A stretch of DNA of 61,501 nucleotides, filler included, from Candidatus Fermentibacterota bacterium (GTDB taxonomy: Bacteria; JAFGKV01): the NCBI GenBank assembly GCA_016928395.1. It is 7 parts of 7 records of this genome, joined end to end, with 100 filler letters (N's around TTAATTAATTAA, not from the genome) between each part and the next. Parts side by side here need not be neighbours in the genome. Positions count along the whole stretch, not along the records: positions 30,218 to 33,530 come from JAFGKV010000284.1; positions 33,631 to 43,079 come from JAFGKV010000285.1; 5 more parts are not named here. One strand, given 5' to 3'. Under the pieces are notes generated by a model. That model worked only from the letters and a program-made list of their open reading frames with translations, was not told the DNA's origin and ran no database searches. Numbering within the stretch: position 1 is the first letter of the stretch; each line of letters opens with the position of its first letter. Of this stretch, positions 30,609 through 40,791 are shown piece after piece. Position numbers and translations under genes: made by a program.

Positions 30609-32111
30609 GTGAGGTCTTGCGTGGCACGCAAACGTCTCTCGTGTGTCCTTGCCATGCCGGCGTGGACACATCGAGAATCCCATCCAACCGCTCTCCGTAA
30701 GGTCGGTACCGGTTTCTGGACTCCCATCAGCCTGCTGTACCCCGCGGCGCGGATTCGTCGGGATCACGACGTCCGGGTTCTGGATGGCGGATTCTACACC
30801 CCCGAAGGACTTGTCGAGACCATCGCATCACTGAAGCCTGATGTGGTGGGGTTCTATTCAAGCACGGTGCTGTGGCATCGCTCGCGCGAACAGATTGCCG
30901 CATGTCGCCGCCTCCTGCCGAATGCCCATATCACGGTGGGAGGGCCTCTCCCCACCGTGATCAAGCAGGAATACCTCGAACACTCGCCGGAATGCGATTC
31001 CTTGGTCATGGGCGAGGGAGAAGAGACCCTGGCAGAGCTGATGCAACGGGTGTCGGAAGGCGAGACGCTCGAGGGCGTGGCCGGAACGGTCTACCGGCGC
31101 AACGGCGAGATCATCGAGAATTCTGCCAGACCGTTCATCACCGACCTCGACAGCCTCCCCAGCCCCGCGTGGGATCTCATTCACATCAGGGACTATACGC
31201 CTCCCATCGGCCTCTACACAAAGAAGCCGGTGGCCACGGCCCTCACCTCGCGGGGGTGCCATCACCAGTGCATCTACTGTTTCAAGTGGGGCGGCTACAC
31301 CATTCGATTCCGGTCGCCCGAAAACGTTGTCGATGAGATGGCGGACCTTGTGAGGCGCTATGGGGTGAAAGAGATTCGCTTCTGGGATGACACCTTTGCC
31401 GCGGACAAGACACGAGTCCTCGCCATGGCCGAGCTGGTGGCCCGCCGCGGGGTCAAGGTGGATGTCAGCATCGGCACCCGGGCGGACACCCTGGATCGGG
31501 AGGTCCTGGCCGCGCTGAAACAGATCGGTGTGTACAATATCATCATCGGCGTCGAGAGCGGGGTAGCCAAGAACCTTGTGACCCTCAAGAAGGGTCAAAC
31601 CCTCGAACAGATTCGCGAGGCGGTTCGCCTCACCCATGAGGCAGGGATACGCACGTTCCTCACCTCGATCTTCGGCATCCCCGGTGAAACCTATGAAGAC
31701 GGGCTCGAGACCATCCGTTTCGTGCGCAGCATGAAGCCAGACGCGGCCCACTTCTTCACCATGTGTCCGTTCCCCGGCACCGAGCTCTACCGTAATCTCC
31801 CCACGTACGGGAAGGTCGTCGAGGGAGACTATGCAACCCTCGGCATGCACACCCTTCCCTTCGAGCCGTACACCATGACCCGGGAGCAGATCGAGGATCT
31901 CCGAAGGAAGGCCTTTGTTGAGACGACCCTCTATCCGGAGTTCATCCTGAAAAGGCTCCTACGGCTTCGGTCCTTCGAGGAAGTAAAGATTCTGTTCCGC
32001 GGCGGTTCCACGGTGCTGTTGACCTTGGTGCCGAACCTGATGCACAAACTGCGTGCGGGCCGGACGAGGGCGGTCCAGACCGGCGGGCACGACAGCCCCG
32101 GGCCGCACTGA
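30609..32111 (+). CDS. Cobalamin-binding radical SAM protein
   Basis: B12 domain (PDVVG..GGP..T..GEGEET), SRGCHHQCIYC, FWDDTF, GVESG, GIPGET, PFPGT. Confidence 0.92.
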   Translation: MRSCVARKRLSCVLAMPAWTHRESHPTALRKVGTGFWTPISLLYPAARIRRDHDVRVLDGGFYTPEGLVETIASLKPDVVGFYSSTVLWHRSREQIAACRRLLPNAHITVGGPLPTVIKQEYLEHSPECDSLVMGEGEETLAELMQRVSEGETLEGVAGTVYRRNGEIIENSARPFITDLDSLPSPAWDLIHIRDYTPPIGLYTKKPVATALTSRGCHHQCIYCFKWGGYTIRFRSPENVVDEMADLVRRYGVKEIRFWDDTFAADKTRVLAMAELVARRGVKVDVSIGTRADTLDREVLAALKQIGVYNIIIGVESGVAKNLVTLKKGQTLEQIREAVRLTHEAGIRTFLTSIFGIPGETYEDGLETIRFVRSMKPDAAHFFTMCPFPGTELYRNLPTYGKVVEGDYATLGMHTLPFEPYTMTREQIEDLRRKAFVETTLYPEFILKRLLRLRSFEEVKILFRGGSTVLLTLVPNLMHKLRAGRTRAVQTGGHDSPGPH

Positions 32112-32142
32112 CCGCCAGGCGCCGTTCTCCTGACAGCCGGCA

Positions 32143-33530
32143 ATGGGTAGCGAGCGTGCGCGGGTTCATGCCCCCGGCACCGCGGGCGGGAACCTTCCCC
32201 CCCATAACAACAGGATCGCGTCGGCACTGAAGACCGCCTGGCCTGGTCTGGCTATCCTGGGCTACTTCGGGATCGCCATCGCCTTCTGCGACCCACTGCA
32301 CGACACGGCACTCTATGACGATTGGGCCTACGCCGACAATGTGCGCCGGTTTGTTGAGCGTGGTGAGCTCCGTTTCGTGTGGACCCAGGTGCCGTTCTTC
32401 GGCCAGCTTCTGGGGGGCGCCCTCTTCGCCGTGCTTTTCGGGTTCTCATTCGCCTCACTCCATCTGTTCGGCCTCACCATGGGGGTCATGGGCACCTTTG
32501 CCGTGTACGCGCTGGTCAGGGAGTTTGGCCGGTCACGGAGCACAAGCCTGCTCCTGGCCTTGGCCGTGGCCAGTACCACGGCATACTTCCATTTCTGTTT
32601 CACCTTCATGACGGATGTGCCGGCCACGGCTTCATTCCTGGTATTCCTTGCGGTGTTCGCCCGGGCTGAACGGGCAGCCAGCCGGGGGGAGCCGCATACA
32701 GTCAGGTTGTTCCTCATCGCGGGGATCATCCTCGCCATCTCCGCCACGATTCGGGATTTCACGCTGTTCTTCCTAGTTTCCCCGATCCTCGCCTGGCCAA
32801 TGACCCGGCAGCGGCACACGAGGCTGGCAGCGGTCGCCTCCACCGTAGCGCTGTCGATCTTCAGCTACGGCATCATGCATGTCTTCGTCGAAATGCCCCT
32901 TCGGAAGGCGAAACTGGCGCCGGTGTTTTTCCAACCGGAATCCCTGCGGCAGGCATACGTGATGACGAGCTATCTGGGCCTTGCTCTGGTCCCCCTGGTC
33001 CTGGCGCTGGTACCGGACTTCGTCCGGAGAGAGGTACGGGGCTCGTGGAGACGATGGCTCCTGTGGGGGGCGTGCCTGGTGCTGGTGAGCGGCCTGGCCG
33101 CCTATCAGTATGGGCACGCCATGACCAATGAGCCCGACGAGCGCAATGAGCTGATGCCGTACAGGCCTGGCTTCATCTCCATCTTTGGCATCTACAACCG
33201 TCTCACCATCCCCGGCACTCCCGTGGTCATCATGCCGCCCGCAGTCCGGTACGCATTGACCGGGCTCGCGATCCTCGGCGCGTCGGTCTTGCTCTATGCG
33301 GGCATGGTGCTGCTGCAGGTGCTCGTGGCGCGCGGGCGAAGGGAGGCCCGGCTCCGCGGGGTCACCGCCTGGTGTGCTGCAGCAGCGGGTGCGCTGGGGC
33401 TTCTGCTGTGGTGGCTCGGGCCGCGGCGTATCCACGATTCCGGAGCGATCATGGGTTCTCCCCGCGTCATAGGCGAAGCCCTCGTACTGCTCTGTGCGCT
33501 TTCGGCTTTGGTGTTCGCTGCCATGCTGCG
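32143..33530 (+). CDS. GT-C (ArnT/PMT-like) membrane glycosyltransferase, truncated by contig end
   Basis: YDDWAY in the first loop, FMTDVP, many TMs. Confidence 0.75.
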
Positions 33531-33630
33531 NNNNNNNNNNNNNNNNNNNNNNNNNNNNNNNNNNNNNNNNNNNNTTAATTAATTAANNNNNNNNNNNNNN
33601 NNNNNNNNNNNNNNNNNNNNNNNNNNNNNN
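33531..33630. other. Artificial contig linker
   Basis: N44-TTAATTAATTAA-N44. Confidence 0.99.
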
Positions 33631-33640
33631 CCCCCCCTGC

Positions 33641-33666
33641 GGGCGACCAGAGACGGTCGCCCCTAC
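33641..33666 (-). repeat. GTAG-type REP palindrome
   Basis: GTAG-GGGCGACC-gtctct-GGTCGCCC on the minus strand; 22 nt identical to 43542-43563 in reverse orientation. Confidence 0.8.
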
Positions 33667-33914
33667 GACGGCAACGGTTTCTCGTAGCGCTGGGCGGGCC
33701 TGAGAGCCGATAGCCGACAGCCGGCCGTCCTCTCAACATTGAGAACCCTGAGTGCCCGCGCCCCCAGAGGCCAGACTGAACCCCGAACCCTGACTCCTGC
33801 ACCCTGAACCCTGATGCCAAGCGGGCGCAGCCGGGCTGCCCGAACGGAGTCCCCGCCTTGACAGCATCGCCAGTCTCGCCCTTGTTCCCCTGCACCATCA
33901 GTCTGGAGGCCACC

Positions 33915-34970
33915 ATGCCGGAACTCGAACGAATTCTCCTCGTCCAGCTCGGGTCATTGACTGACCTGGTGAACACCACGCCGGTGTGCCACGCACTTCG
34001 CGAGTCTCGCGCCAATGCACTCATCGCCGTAGTAGTACGCAAGGAGCACGAAGACCTTCTCTCGGGGCATCCATGGGTAGACCGGGTCATCCCATATGAC
34101 CGCATTCGTACGCACCGGGGACCGCTGGGCTTTAGGCGACTCCTTCGCACGGTCCGCGAAGAACCGTGGGATATCGCCGCTGACTTCACAGTGAGCCCCA
34201 GTAGCCGGCTCATCGCACGGGCATCGGGCGCCGAAGTGATGCGACGGTCCTTGAAGCCGTCCCCCGTGGCCTCACTGCTGTTCTTCATCGGGCTCGCCCG
34301 ATGTTTTGCCCGACGGACCGCGGTCGAGACGCTGCTACATGCTTTGCAGAAACTGGAGATCGACGATGCCTACCGTCCACCGCGGCTGTTCCCCCGCGTG
34401 GAGTGGACCGGGGCGGCCAGGAATCTGTTGGGGCAACTTGGGGCGAAGTCGCAGGTCCTCGTGGGTCTCGCTCCCGGCGCCGAGGGTTCTGCCGCCATGT
34501 GGCCCGCCGAGCGCTACGCGGAGCTGGCAAAGCGCCTGTCATGCGCCGGTTCCGATGTGGTCGTCCTGGGCTCGGCCGAGGAGAAGGAGCTCTGTGCCAA
34601 GGTATGTGCCGGGCGCTCGGGCGTGTTCGACCTGGCCGGAAGGCTTGCCCTGGGGGAGACTCTGGGCATGCTATCACGATGTACGGTGTTCGTGGGCAAT
34701 GACACATGGTTGACCCATTGCGCCCAGGCACTGGGTGTATCCGCCATCGCGCTGTTCGGCCCTACGGACGGGCGACGGTACGTGTTCGGGGGCGGGACGG
34801 CGATACAACGAGCAGTGCAATGCGGTCCATGCGCCTTTCGTGCCACCGACCGATGCAGGACCAGAGACCATATCTGCATGCAAAGGATTCCCCTCGACGA
34901 GGTGTTCCTGGCTACCACCCTGCGTCTACCTGCTCCCAAGGAACCCGAAGCTTCCGCTCTTCATTGGTGA
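33915..34970 (+). CDS. Glycosyltransferase family 9 (LPS heptosyltransferase-like)
   Basis: RILLVQL..L.D, HPWVD, APGA....WP.ERY, DLAG, GND...H, ALFGPT, C.PC. Confidence 0.85.
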   Translation: MPELERILLVQLGSLTDLVNTTPVCHALRESRANALIAVVVRKEHEDLLSGHPWVDRVIPYDRIRTHRGPLGFRRLLRTVREEPWDIAADFTVSPSSRLIARASGAEVMRRSLKPSPVASLLFFIGLARCFARRTAVETLLHALQKLEIDDAYRPPRLFPRVEWTGAARNLLGQLGAKSQVLVGLAPGAEGSAAMWPAERYAELAKRLSCAGSDVVVLGSAEEKELCAKVCAGRSGVFDLAGRLALGETLGMLSRCTVFVGNDTWLTHCAQALGVSAIALFGPTDGRRYVFGGGTAIQRAVQCGPCAFRATDRCRTRDHICMQRIPLDEVFLATTLRLPAPKEPEASALHW

Positions 34971-34972
34971 GT

Positions 34973-36289
34973 ATGCTGCGTACCGCGTACTACGCCATCG
35001 CGGTGCCCGTGGCGGAGGGTGTCGCTCGCCTGGCCTCGTTTCACAGACCCAAAATCCGCGCCGCGCTAAAGGGGCGACACGAGCCGCGCGGGTGGACGGG
35101 CCCCGAGGAATGCATCAGGCTTTGGTTTCACGTAGCAAGCCTTGGCGAGTTCGAACAAGCGAAACCGGTGATCGAAGCACTACAGGCAGGAGGCCCTGCC
35201 GCCGTGTGGGTCAGCTTCTTCTCCCCCTCCGGCCTGGAACATGCGGGTAGCTATGCCCACGCGGTGGACCTGTTCTATTTGCCGTTTCGTCGCATGGCAC
35301 TCCGGCGGGCCTTTGAGATCATCCGGCCGGATGCGGTCATCACCGTGCGGTATGATTTGTGGCCCGGAATGGCCTGGGAGGCATCCCGCCGGCGAGTGCC
35401 CTTGTTGCTGGTGAACGCGACGCTGCCCGAGCGTTCACCCCGCAATCGCCTGCTCCTGCGACACCTTCAGCGTTCCTACTACGGTCATCTGTCCCGCGTG
35501 CTTGCCGCAACTGCGCCCGACGCTCGGCGTTTGCGCCGGCTCTGCGGGCACGGGGTCTCTGTGGAGATCACGGGTGATTCTCGTTATGACCGTGTCTGGG
35601 CTCGCGCCGCTTCGTCAGTGTCCTTAGGGGATCTGGACACCATTCTGGGGGCGGCCTCCCGACCGATTCTGGTTGTCGGCTCCACCTACGAACCCGAAGA
35701 ACACGCCCTCGCCGAGGCATTGAGTGTCATGAAGGAGTCTTCGGGACTAAGCATCGTAGTCGTTCCCCACGAGCCCACCGAAGAACGACTCGCCTTCGCG
35801 GAGGCGCTGTTCAACGCGGCGGGGTGGGCGCCCCGACGCCTCAGCGCCATGGAGCCGGGGCAACCGTGGCGTATGGTGCTCCTCGACCGGGTCGGCGTAC
35901 TCGCCGAGTGCTACCGGCATGCCGACTTCGTCATGGTCGGTGGGAGCTTTAAGGGGAAGGTTCATAACGTGATGGAGCCGGCGGCATGGGGCAAGCCAGT
36001 CGTAGTGGGCCCCCACTATGCCAACTCACCCGAGGGGGTGGGAATGGTCGACTGCGGCGCCGTCGTCACCGTACCCGATGCCGCAGGCTTGGCTGCCGTC
36101 GTGCAGGGATGGATTCGGGATCCCGCCGCCGCGGTACGACAGGGTTCCTTGGCCAGGGATTTTCTCCTCGCCCGCTTAGGCGCCGCAAAGCGCATCGCCG
36201 ATGCCATCGAGGCGGAGATAGGCCGCCATGCCCCGGGGCGCGTGCGTGCGCGCCATGACCACGCCTCCAGGATCTCGACTGATCGATAG
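34973..36289 (+). CDS. waaA: 3-deoxy-D-manno-octulosonic acid transferase
   Basis: LWFHVASLGE, DLWP, LVNA, TGDSRYD, GST, VPHE, VGGSF...HNVMEPA. Confidence 0.92.
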   Translation: MLRTAYYAIAVPVAEGVARLASFHRPKIRAALKGRHEPRGWTGPEECIRLWFHVASLGEFEQAKPVIEALQAGGPAAVWVSFFSPSGLEHAGSYAHAVDLFYLPFRRMALRRAFEIIRPDAVITVRYDLWPGMAWEASRRRVPLLLVNATLPERSPRNRLLLRHLQRSYYGHLSRVLAATAPDARRLRRLCGHGVSVEITGDSRYDRVWARAASSVSLGDLDTILGAASRPILVVGSTYEPEEHALAEALSVMKESSGLSIVVVPHEPTEERLAFAEALFNAAGWAPRRLSAMEPGQPWRMVLLDRVGVLAECYRHADFVMVGGSFKGKVHNVMEPAAWGKPVVVGPHYANSPEGVGMVDCGAVVTVPDAAGLAAVVQGWIRDPAAAVRQGSLARDFLLARLGAAKRIADAIEAEIGRHAPGRVRARHDHASRISTDR

Positions 36290-36394
36290 CGCCGGGGCCC
36301 CCGTACGACGTTGCGCCGTGAAGGAAAATTCGCATGATTTGGCTGCGATTCCTGAGTGACGCCCGTCCTGTCGCGCAGTAGAGAGGAAATGTGC

Positions 36395-37366
36395 ATGAGT
36401 GCGGATCTCGCTGCTACGGAAGAGAGCCTGCTTCGAGTCCTTGACATTGAGGCCCATGCCATAGCGGCGCTTCGCTCCCGGGACGCGCGCCGTGCATGCC
36501 AGGCCGTTGATCTCATGTATGAATGCACGGGCAAGGTGGTAGTCGCGGGTACCGGCAAGTCCGGCAATATCGCGCAGAAGATCTCCTCGACGCTGGCCAG
36601 CACCGGCACCCCCAGCATGTTCCTTCGGCTCAGCGAGGCGACCCACGGCGATATCGGCATGTTGGACGGCAAGGATGTCCTCATGATTATCTCGAACAGC
36701 GGATCGAGCCCCGAATTCAGGAGTCTTCTTCCGTTTGTGCGACGCTTGGGAATTCCGATCATCGCCCTAGTGGGAACTCCCGGTTCGGAGCTGGCGGACG
36801 CTGCGGATATAATGGTTGACGTGAGTGTGGAGGAAGAAGCATGCCCTCTGGGCTTGGTCCCCACGGCCAGTTCCACCGCGGCCCTGGCCATGGGCGACGC
36901 GCTGGCGATCGCCTTGCTCCAGAAACGCGGATTCTCCGAGGAAGACTATGCGCTGCGGCATCCGGGAGGCACGTTGGGGCGCAGGCTTCGCCGTGTCGAG
37001 GAGATCATGCTGGTCGGCGACCGCATCCCACGGGTGGCGTCGTCGGACTCATTGCCCGACGTCATCATCGAGCTCGCCCGCAAGCGTTTGGGCGTCGTCG
37101 GAGTGGAGGAAGACGGAAAGCTGGTGGGCGTGTTCTCCAACGGTGATTTGGCGAGGCTCTTGCGCGCCCCTCGGTCAATCGACCTTCTCACCGCCCGCGA
37201 TGTGATGACCAGCGAACCAAAGACCATAGAACCAGACAGGGTGAGCGACGCCGCCGTGCATCTCATGCAGCAACACTCCATCACCGCGCTCTTCGTGGTG
37301 GATGAAGGCCTTCACATCATCGGCATCGTACACCTTCATGACCTATTGCGGGCCGAAGTTGTCTGA
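36395..37366 (+). CDS. kdsD: Arabinose-5-phosphate isomerase (KpsF/GutQ; SIS plus 2 CBS)
   Basis: GTGKSG, STGTP, EATHGDIG, SNSG, EACPLGLVPTASST, HPGG.LG, C-terminal HLHDLL. Confidence 0.94.
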   Translation: MSADLAATEESLLRVLDIEAHAIAALRSRDARRACQAVDLMYECTGKVVVAGTGKSGNIAQKISSTLASTGTPSMFLRLSEATHGDIGMLDGKDVLMIISNSGSSPEFRSLLPFVRRLGIPIIALVGTPGSELADAADIMVDVSVEEEACPLGLVPTASSTAALAMGDALAIALLQKRGFSEEDYALRHPGGTLGRRLRRVEEIMLVGDRIPRVASSDSLPDVIIELARKRLGVVGVEEDGKLVGVFSNGDLARLLRAPRSIDLLTARDVMTSEPKTIEPDRVSDAAVHLMQQHSITALFVVDEGLHIIGIVHLHDLLRAEVV

Positions 37367-37511
37367 GTCAGGCAGGGGTCCAGTGTGCTCTCATGAATCG
37401 AGGGCCTGCCGTCGAGGATTCACACCACGACTCTGATCCGGCGGATCACGGCAGCGCAACGGCGTCGGCCGCAATGAGGCGTTCTTCAGCATGCCTGGAT
37501 CTGGGTCAGTC

Positions 37512-38510
37512 ATGAACGACTGGGCTGTGGTAATCCGGCTGAGTTCCATGGGCGACATCGTGCTTACCACCGGCGTACTGGAACACTGGAGGGAGACCAG
37601 AGGCCTTCGGGTGGTGGTTCTCACCCGTGACCGGTTCGCTCCCCTCTTCCGGGGCCACCCGGCAGTGATCGACGCAATCCCCATAGCGCCGGCGCAGGTG
37701 ACGGGCGTCGCATGGGCGAAGACGGCACGGAGGCTTGCCAAAGAGTATCAAGGGCGGCTTCTCGTAGATCTTCACGGGTCGTTGCGGTCGCGGGCCCTGG
37801 CGCTGCTCTGGTCGGGCCCGGTGGTCCGGTATCCCGCCTTCCGCCGTGAGCGGCAGCGCTTCCTCAGAGATCGAAGTCCAGCGGCAGGTCAAAGCCTTCG
37901 GAGCGCGAATATCCCCCAACGCTACGCCATGGCTTTGGACAGGCCTCCTCCCGCAGGGGACACGCTCCGGCCGCGGGTCTACCTCTCATCGGCGGAGATG
38001 GATGCCGCGCGGTCGCTGCTCCAGAGCCACGGCCTCGGCGACCGCGTCATTGCCGTGCATCCCTATGCCACCCACCCATTGAAAACCTGGCAGGAACGCG
38101 AGTGGAGAGAGTTGGCGCAAAGCCTGGATGTCCGGGGGCTGCAGTGGATCGTGCTGGGGAAGAGCCCTCTCCCCCTGTTCGACACCCCAGAGAGCGATCG
38201 TGATTTCACGAATCGTACCGATCTCCGCATGACCGCCGCGCTCCTGGCATGCGCCACGGTCTTGGTCACGGCCGATTCCGGCCCCATGCATCTGGCCGAA
38301 GCGGTGGGTACTCCGGTGATTGCCCTGTTCGGTCCCACGACCCGGGAATGGGGCTTCTATCCCGGAGGACCCCGGGATATCGTCATGGAACTCCCGATGA
38401 CCTGCCGGCCCTGCTCACTCCACGGTCGGGTTCGCTCGGCCTGTGGTCAGGAATGCCTGCGGGCGATCACCACCGAAAGTGTCCTCGCCCAGTTGGAGCC
38501 TTTCGGGTAA
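37512..38510 (+). CDS. Glycosyltransferase family 9 (LPS heptosyltransferase-like)
   Basis: IRLSSMGDIVL, DLHGSLRS, HPYA....K.W, ADSGPMH, ALFGPT, CRPCSLHG. Confidence 0.9.
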   Translation: MNDWAVVIRLSSMGDIVLTTGVLEHWRETRGLRVVVLTRDRFAPLFRGHPAVIDAIPIAPAQVTGVAWAKTARRLAKEYQGRLLVDLHGSLRSRALALLWSGPVVRYPAFRRERQRFLRDRSPAAGQSLRSANIPQRYAMALDRPPPAGDTLRPRVYLSSAEMDAARSLLQSHGLGDRVIAVHPYATHPLKTWQEREWRELAQSLDVRGLQWIVLGKSPLPLFDTPESDRDFTNRTDLRMTAALLACATVLVTADSGPMHLAEAVGTPVIALFGPTTREWGFYPGGPRDIVMELPMTCRPCSLHGRVRSACGQECLRAITTESVLAQLEPFG

Positions 38511-38653
38511 TGACCATAAGGCAGCCGGAGACCGCGGATCCAGTACCCGGTGGCGGAATGCCTGGGAAGCGTCACTTGGTCGGGTGCCGCCTTCTGAAGC
38601 GACAACTTCGTAGTGTCCTGCTGTGGCCCTCTCGGAAACCATAAGGAGATTCT

Positions 38654-39712
38654 GTGAACACGCATCTTGTTGTGCTCACCGACGAGAACGGCTTCTTCGG
38701 CCAGACTCGCAAACCCTGGGTGAGTCTTGACATCGGCAAGGTATGCAGAGCGGTCGAGCAGTCGGGAATACCCGTGCGGAGATTCACGTTCCAGGATGTG
38801 GGCGCCAACGCGGTGGATATCCGGGACTCGGCGGTCTTCTATGCGTTCAGCCAGAAGGAGAACACCAGACGCTACATCACCGATATCGTCCGCCATCTCT
38901 CCCATGGGTCCAATCTCCTGATTCCATCCTATGATCTCTTGCTGTGCCATGAGAACAAAGGCTACCAGGAGCTGTTCCGTCGCCAGCAAGGCATGCCGGT
39001 GCTACCCAGCGCCTACTTCGTCAGCGGCGCCGGGGCCGAGGCCATGGATATCGCCTTCCCGGTGGTGGTGAAGACCGTTGACGGCTCCAATGGGAAAGGG
39101 GTGTTCCTGGCCCACACCAGGGCCGAGCTTCGACGAATCGTCAGGCGGATGGAACCCCGAATGCCTCTCTGCACGAGGATCGACCTCATACGGCGGCGTT
39201 TCTTCAGAAGGAAGAAGACATACCCTGAGTATCCCGACTACTCCAATAGGACGGACTACCTTCAGTATAGGGAATACGTTCGATTAAGAAAGCGGTTTAT
39301 AGTCCAGGAGTTTGTCGATGGCTATTCCTACGACTATCGTGTATTGGTGATTGGAGATCGCTATTTTGTTATGAGAAGAGGTGCCTTCCCTGGAGATTTT
39401 CGTGCGAGCGGAACTAAGATGTTTGATTTCGATTTCCAGATACCTGATGGATTGCTTGAGTTCGCCCGTTCCGTCTATGAGAAAGCCCTCGCCCCACTCA
39501 TGTCTATGGATATCTGCCCGCGTGATGATGGGTTTGTGCTCTTCGAGTTCCAAGCCCTGCACTTCGGCACCAGCGCGCTGAAGAAGGCCCGCGGATGGTA
39601 TGTGCGACAGGGCGGCTCGTGGCGGTTTCTGGAGGGGAAGGCAGACCTTGAGCACTGCATGGGGGAGGCGCTGGTTGGGTATCTGAGAACCCACGGGATC
39701 GCGTCGGCGTGA
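38654..39712 (+). CDS. RimK-like ATP-grasp protein
   Basis: HENK, FPVVVK..G..GKGVFL, IVQEFV, DYRVLV, DFRASG, FEFQ. Confidence 0.8.
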   Translation: MNTHLVVLTDENGFFGQTRKPWVSLDIGKVCRAVEQSGIPVRRFTFQDVGANAVDIRDSAVFYAFSQKENTRRYITDIVRHLSHGSNLLIPSYDLLLCHENKGYQELFRRQQGMPVLPSAYFVSGAGAEAMDIAFPVVVKTVDGSNGKGVFLAHTRAELRRIVRRMEPRMPLCTRIDLIRRRFFRRKKTYPEYPDYSNRTDYLQYREYVRLRKRFIVQEFVDGYSYDYRVLVIGDRYFVMRRGAFPGDFRASGTKMFDFDFQIPDGLLEFARSVYEKALAPLMSMDICPRDDGFVLFEFQALHFGTSALKKARGWYVRQGGSWRFLEGKADLEHCMGEALVGYLRTHGIASA

Positions 39713-40791
39713 TCCTTTCGGGCCGCCTCATCAGCCTTCCCTATGCGGCCGTCTGGAAGGTCATGGCCTGCAGGAGTCTGAATCCAGCGATCGTCTTCTA
39801 CTGCGGCGACGCTCTGGACTACGCGGTCTTCGAGCCGGTCCTGCCCCACCTGCCCCCCATCCCGATAGTCGCAAAAAACCGTGCGGTACAGCGGGCACTG
39901 GCCCGAGAAGGGGTCAGTTCAGGCGTGTGGCCGGTGTTTCCCCGCGCCGTCATCATGGCCCGCCATGCCCTGCACCGATTCCCGCTGCGGGCCATCACGA
40001 AGATCGGGCTTCGCCACGGAGCCTATCACTTCAAACAGTTCATACGGCCCGATCGCTACAATGCCTTTGACCTCTTTGTGTTCACCTCGACGCAGGAGGT
40101 GCGTCTCGCCCGGGAGCACGGCATTCACAGCGGTGTGGCTGGGGGATTCCCGAAACTCGATCCCATGTTCGCCCCTGGGGCTCGGCATGCGGCCGACGCG
40201 ATCCGCCGGGAACGAGGGTTCAAGCCGGAGAGGCCGTCGGTGCTGTTCACCGCCACGTGGGATCGATCCGGGCTGTCCGCCATCGAACGCTGGTATCGCC
40301 GAGTCCATGAGCTGGTCAAAGAGTACAATGTCATGGTCACGGTGCACCCGCAGACCTCCCGCCGCTACGTGCACGCGCTCCAGAACGAAGGCGTGCATCT
40401 CATCCGCGAGGCGCGCATCTGGCCCTATCTGCTCCTGGCCGATGTCATGGTGGGGGATACCAGCTCGATCCTGGCCGAGTTCTGCGCTTTGGACAAGCCC
40501 ATGATCACCTACCGGGTAGGCCAACAGGGAAGACTGACCGCGGAGATTCAAGACATGCTGGAGCGAATCTCCCTCCGGATCGATTCCTTCGACGAACTCT
40601 CCCCCGCCATTGCCCGCTCCCTGGCGCAGCCCGATGCCCAGTCAGCCGAGCGCCGACGGGCCAGCGCCCTCATGTTCGATGAACTGGATGGAGCGCACGG
40701 CATCCGGACTGCTCATCACATCATGAAGATCTTGAGAGAGCGGGGGATTCTCGGGGCGGATGCCGGAGAGATTAGCGCTCCTGTGCCATGA
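39709..40791 (+). CDS. CDP-glycerol glycerophosphotransferase (TagF-like) family protein
   Basis: HG..FK, GFPKLDP, VLFTATW, HP, ADVMVGDTSS...EF..LDKP, DG. Confidence 0.78.
   Translation: MILSGRLISLPYAAVWKVMACRSLNPAIVFYCGDALDYAVFEPVLPHLPPIPIVAKNRAVQRALAREGVSSGVWPVFPRAVIMARHALHRFPLRAITKIGLRHGAYHFKQFIRPDRYNAFDLFVFTSTQEVRLAREHGIHSGVAGGFPKLDPMFAPGARHAADAIRRERGFKPERPSVLFTATWDRSGLSAIERWYRRVHELVKEYNVMVTVHPQTSRRYVHALQNEGVHLIREARIWPYLLLADVMVGDTSSILAEFCALDKPMITYRVGQQGRLTAEIQDMLERISLRIDSFDELSPAIARSLAQPDAQSAERRRASALMFDELDGAHGIRTAHHIMKILRERGILGADAGEISAPVP

Noticed and set aside
33915..34970. First GT9 as a pseudoenzyme (SLTD and DTWLTH instead of SxGD and DSGxxH)
   Set aside because: The N-terminal Asp and the D..H pair are retained; divergence alone does not show inactivity.
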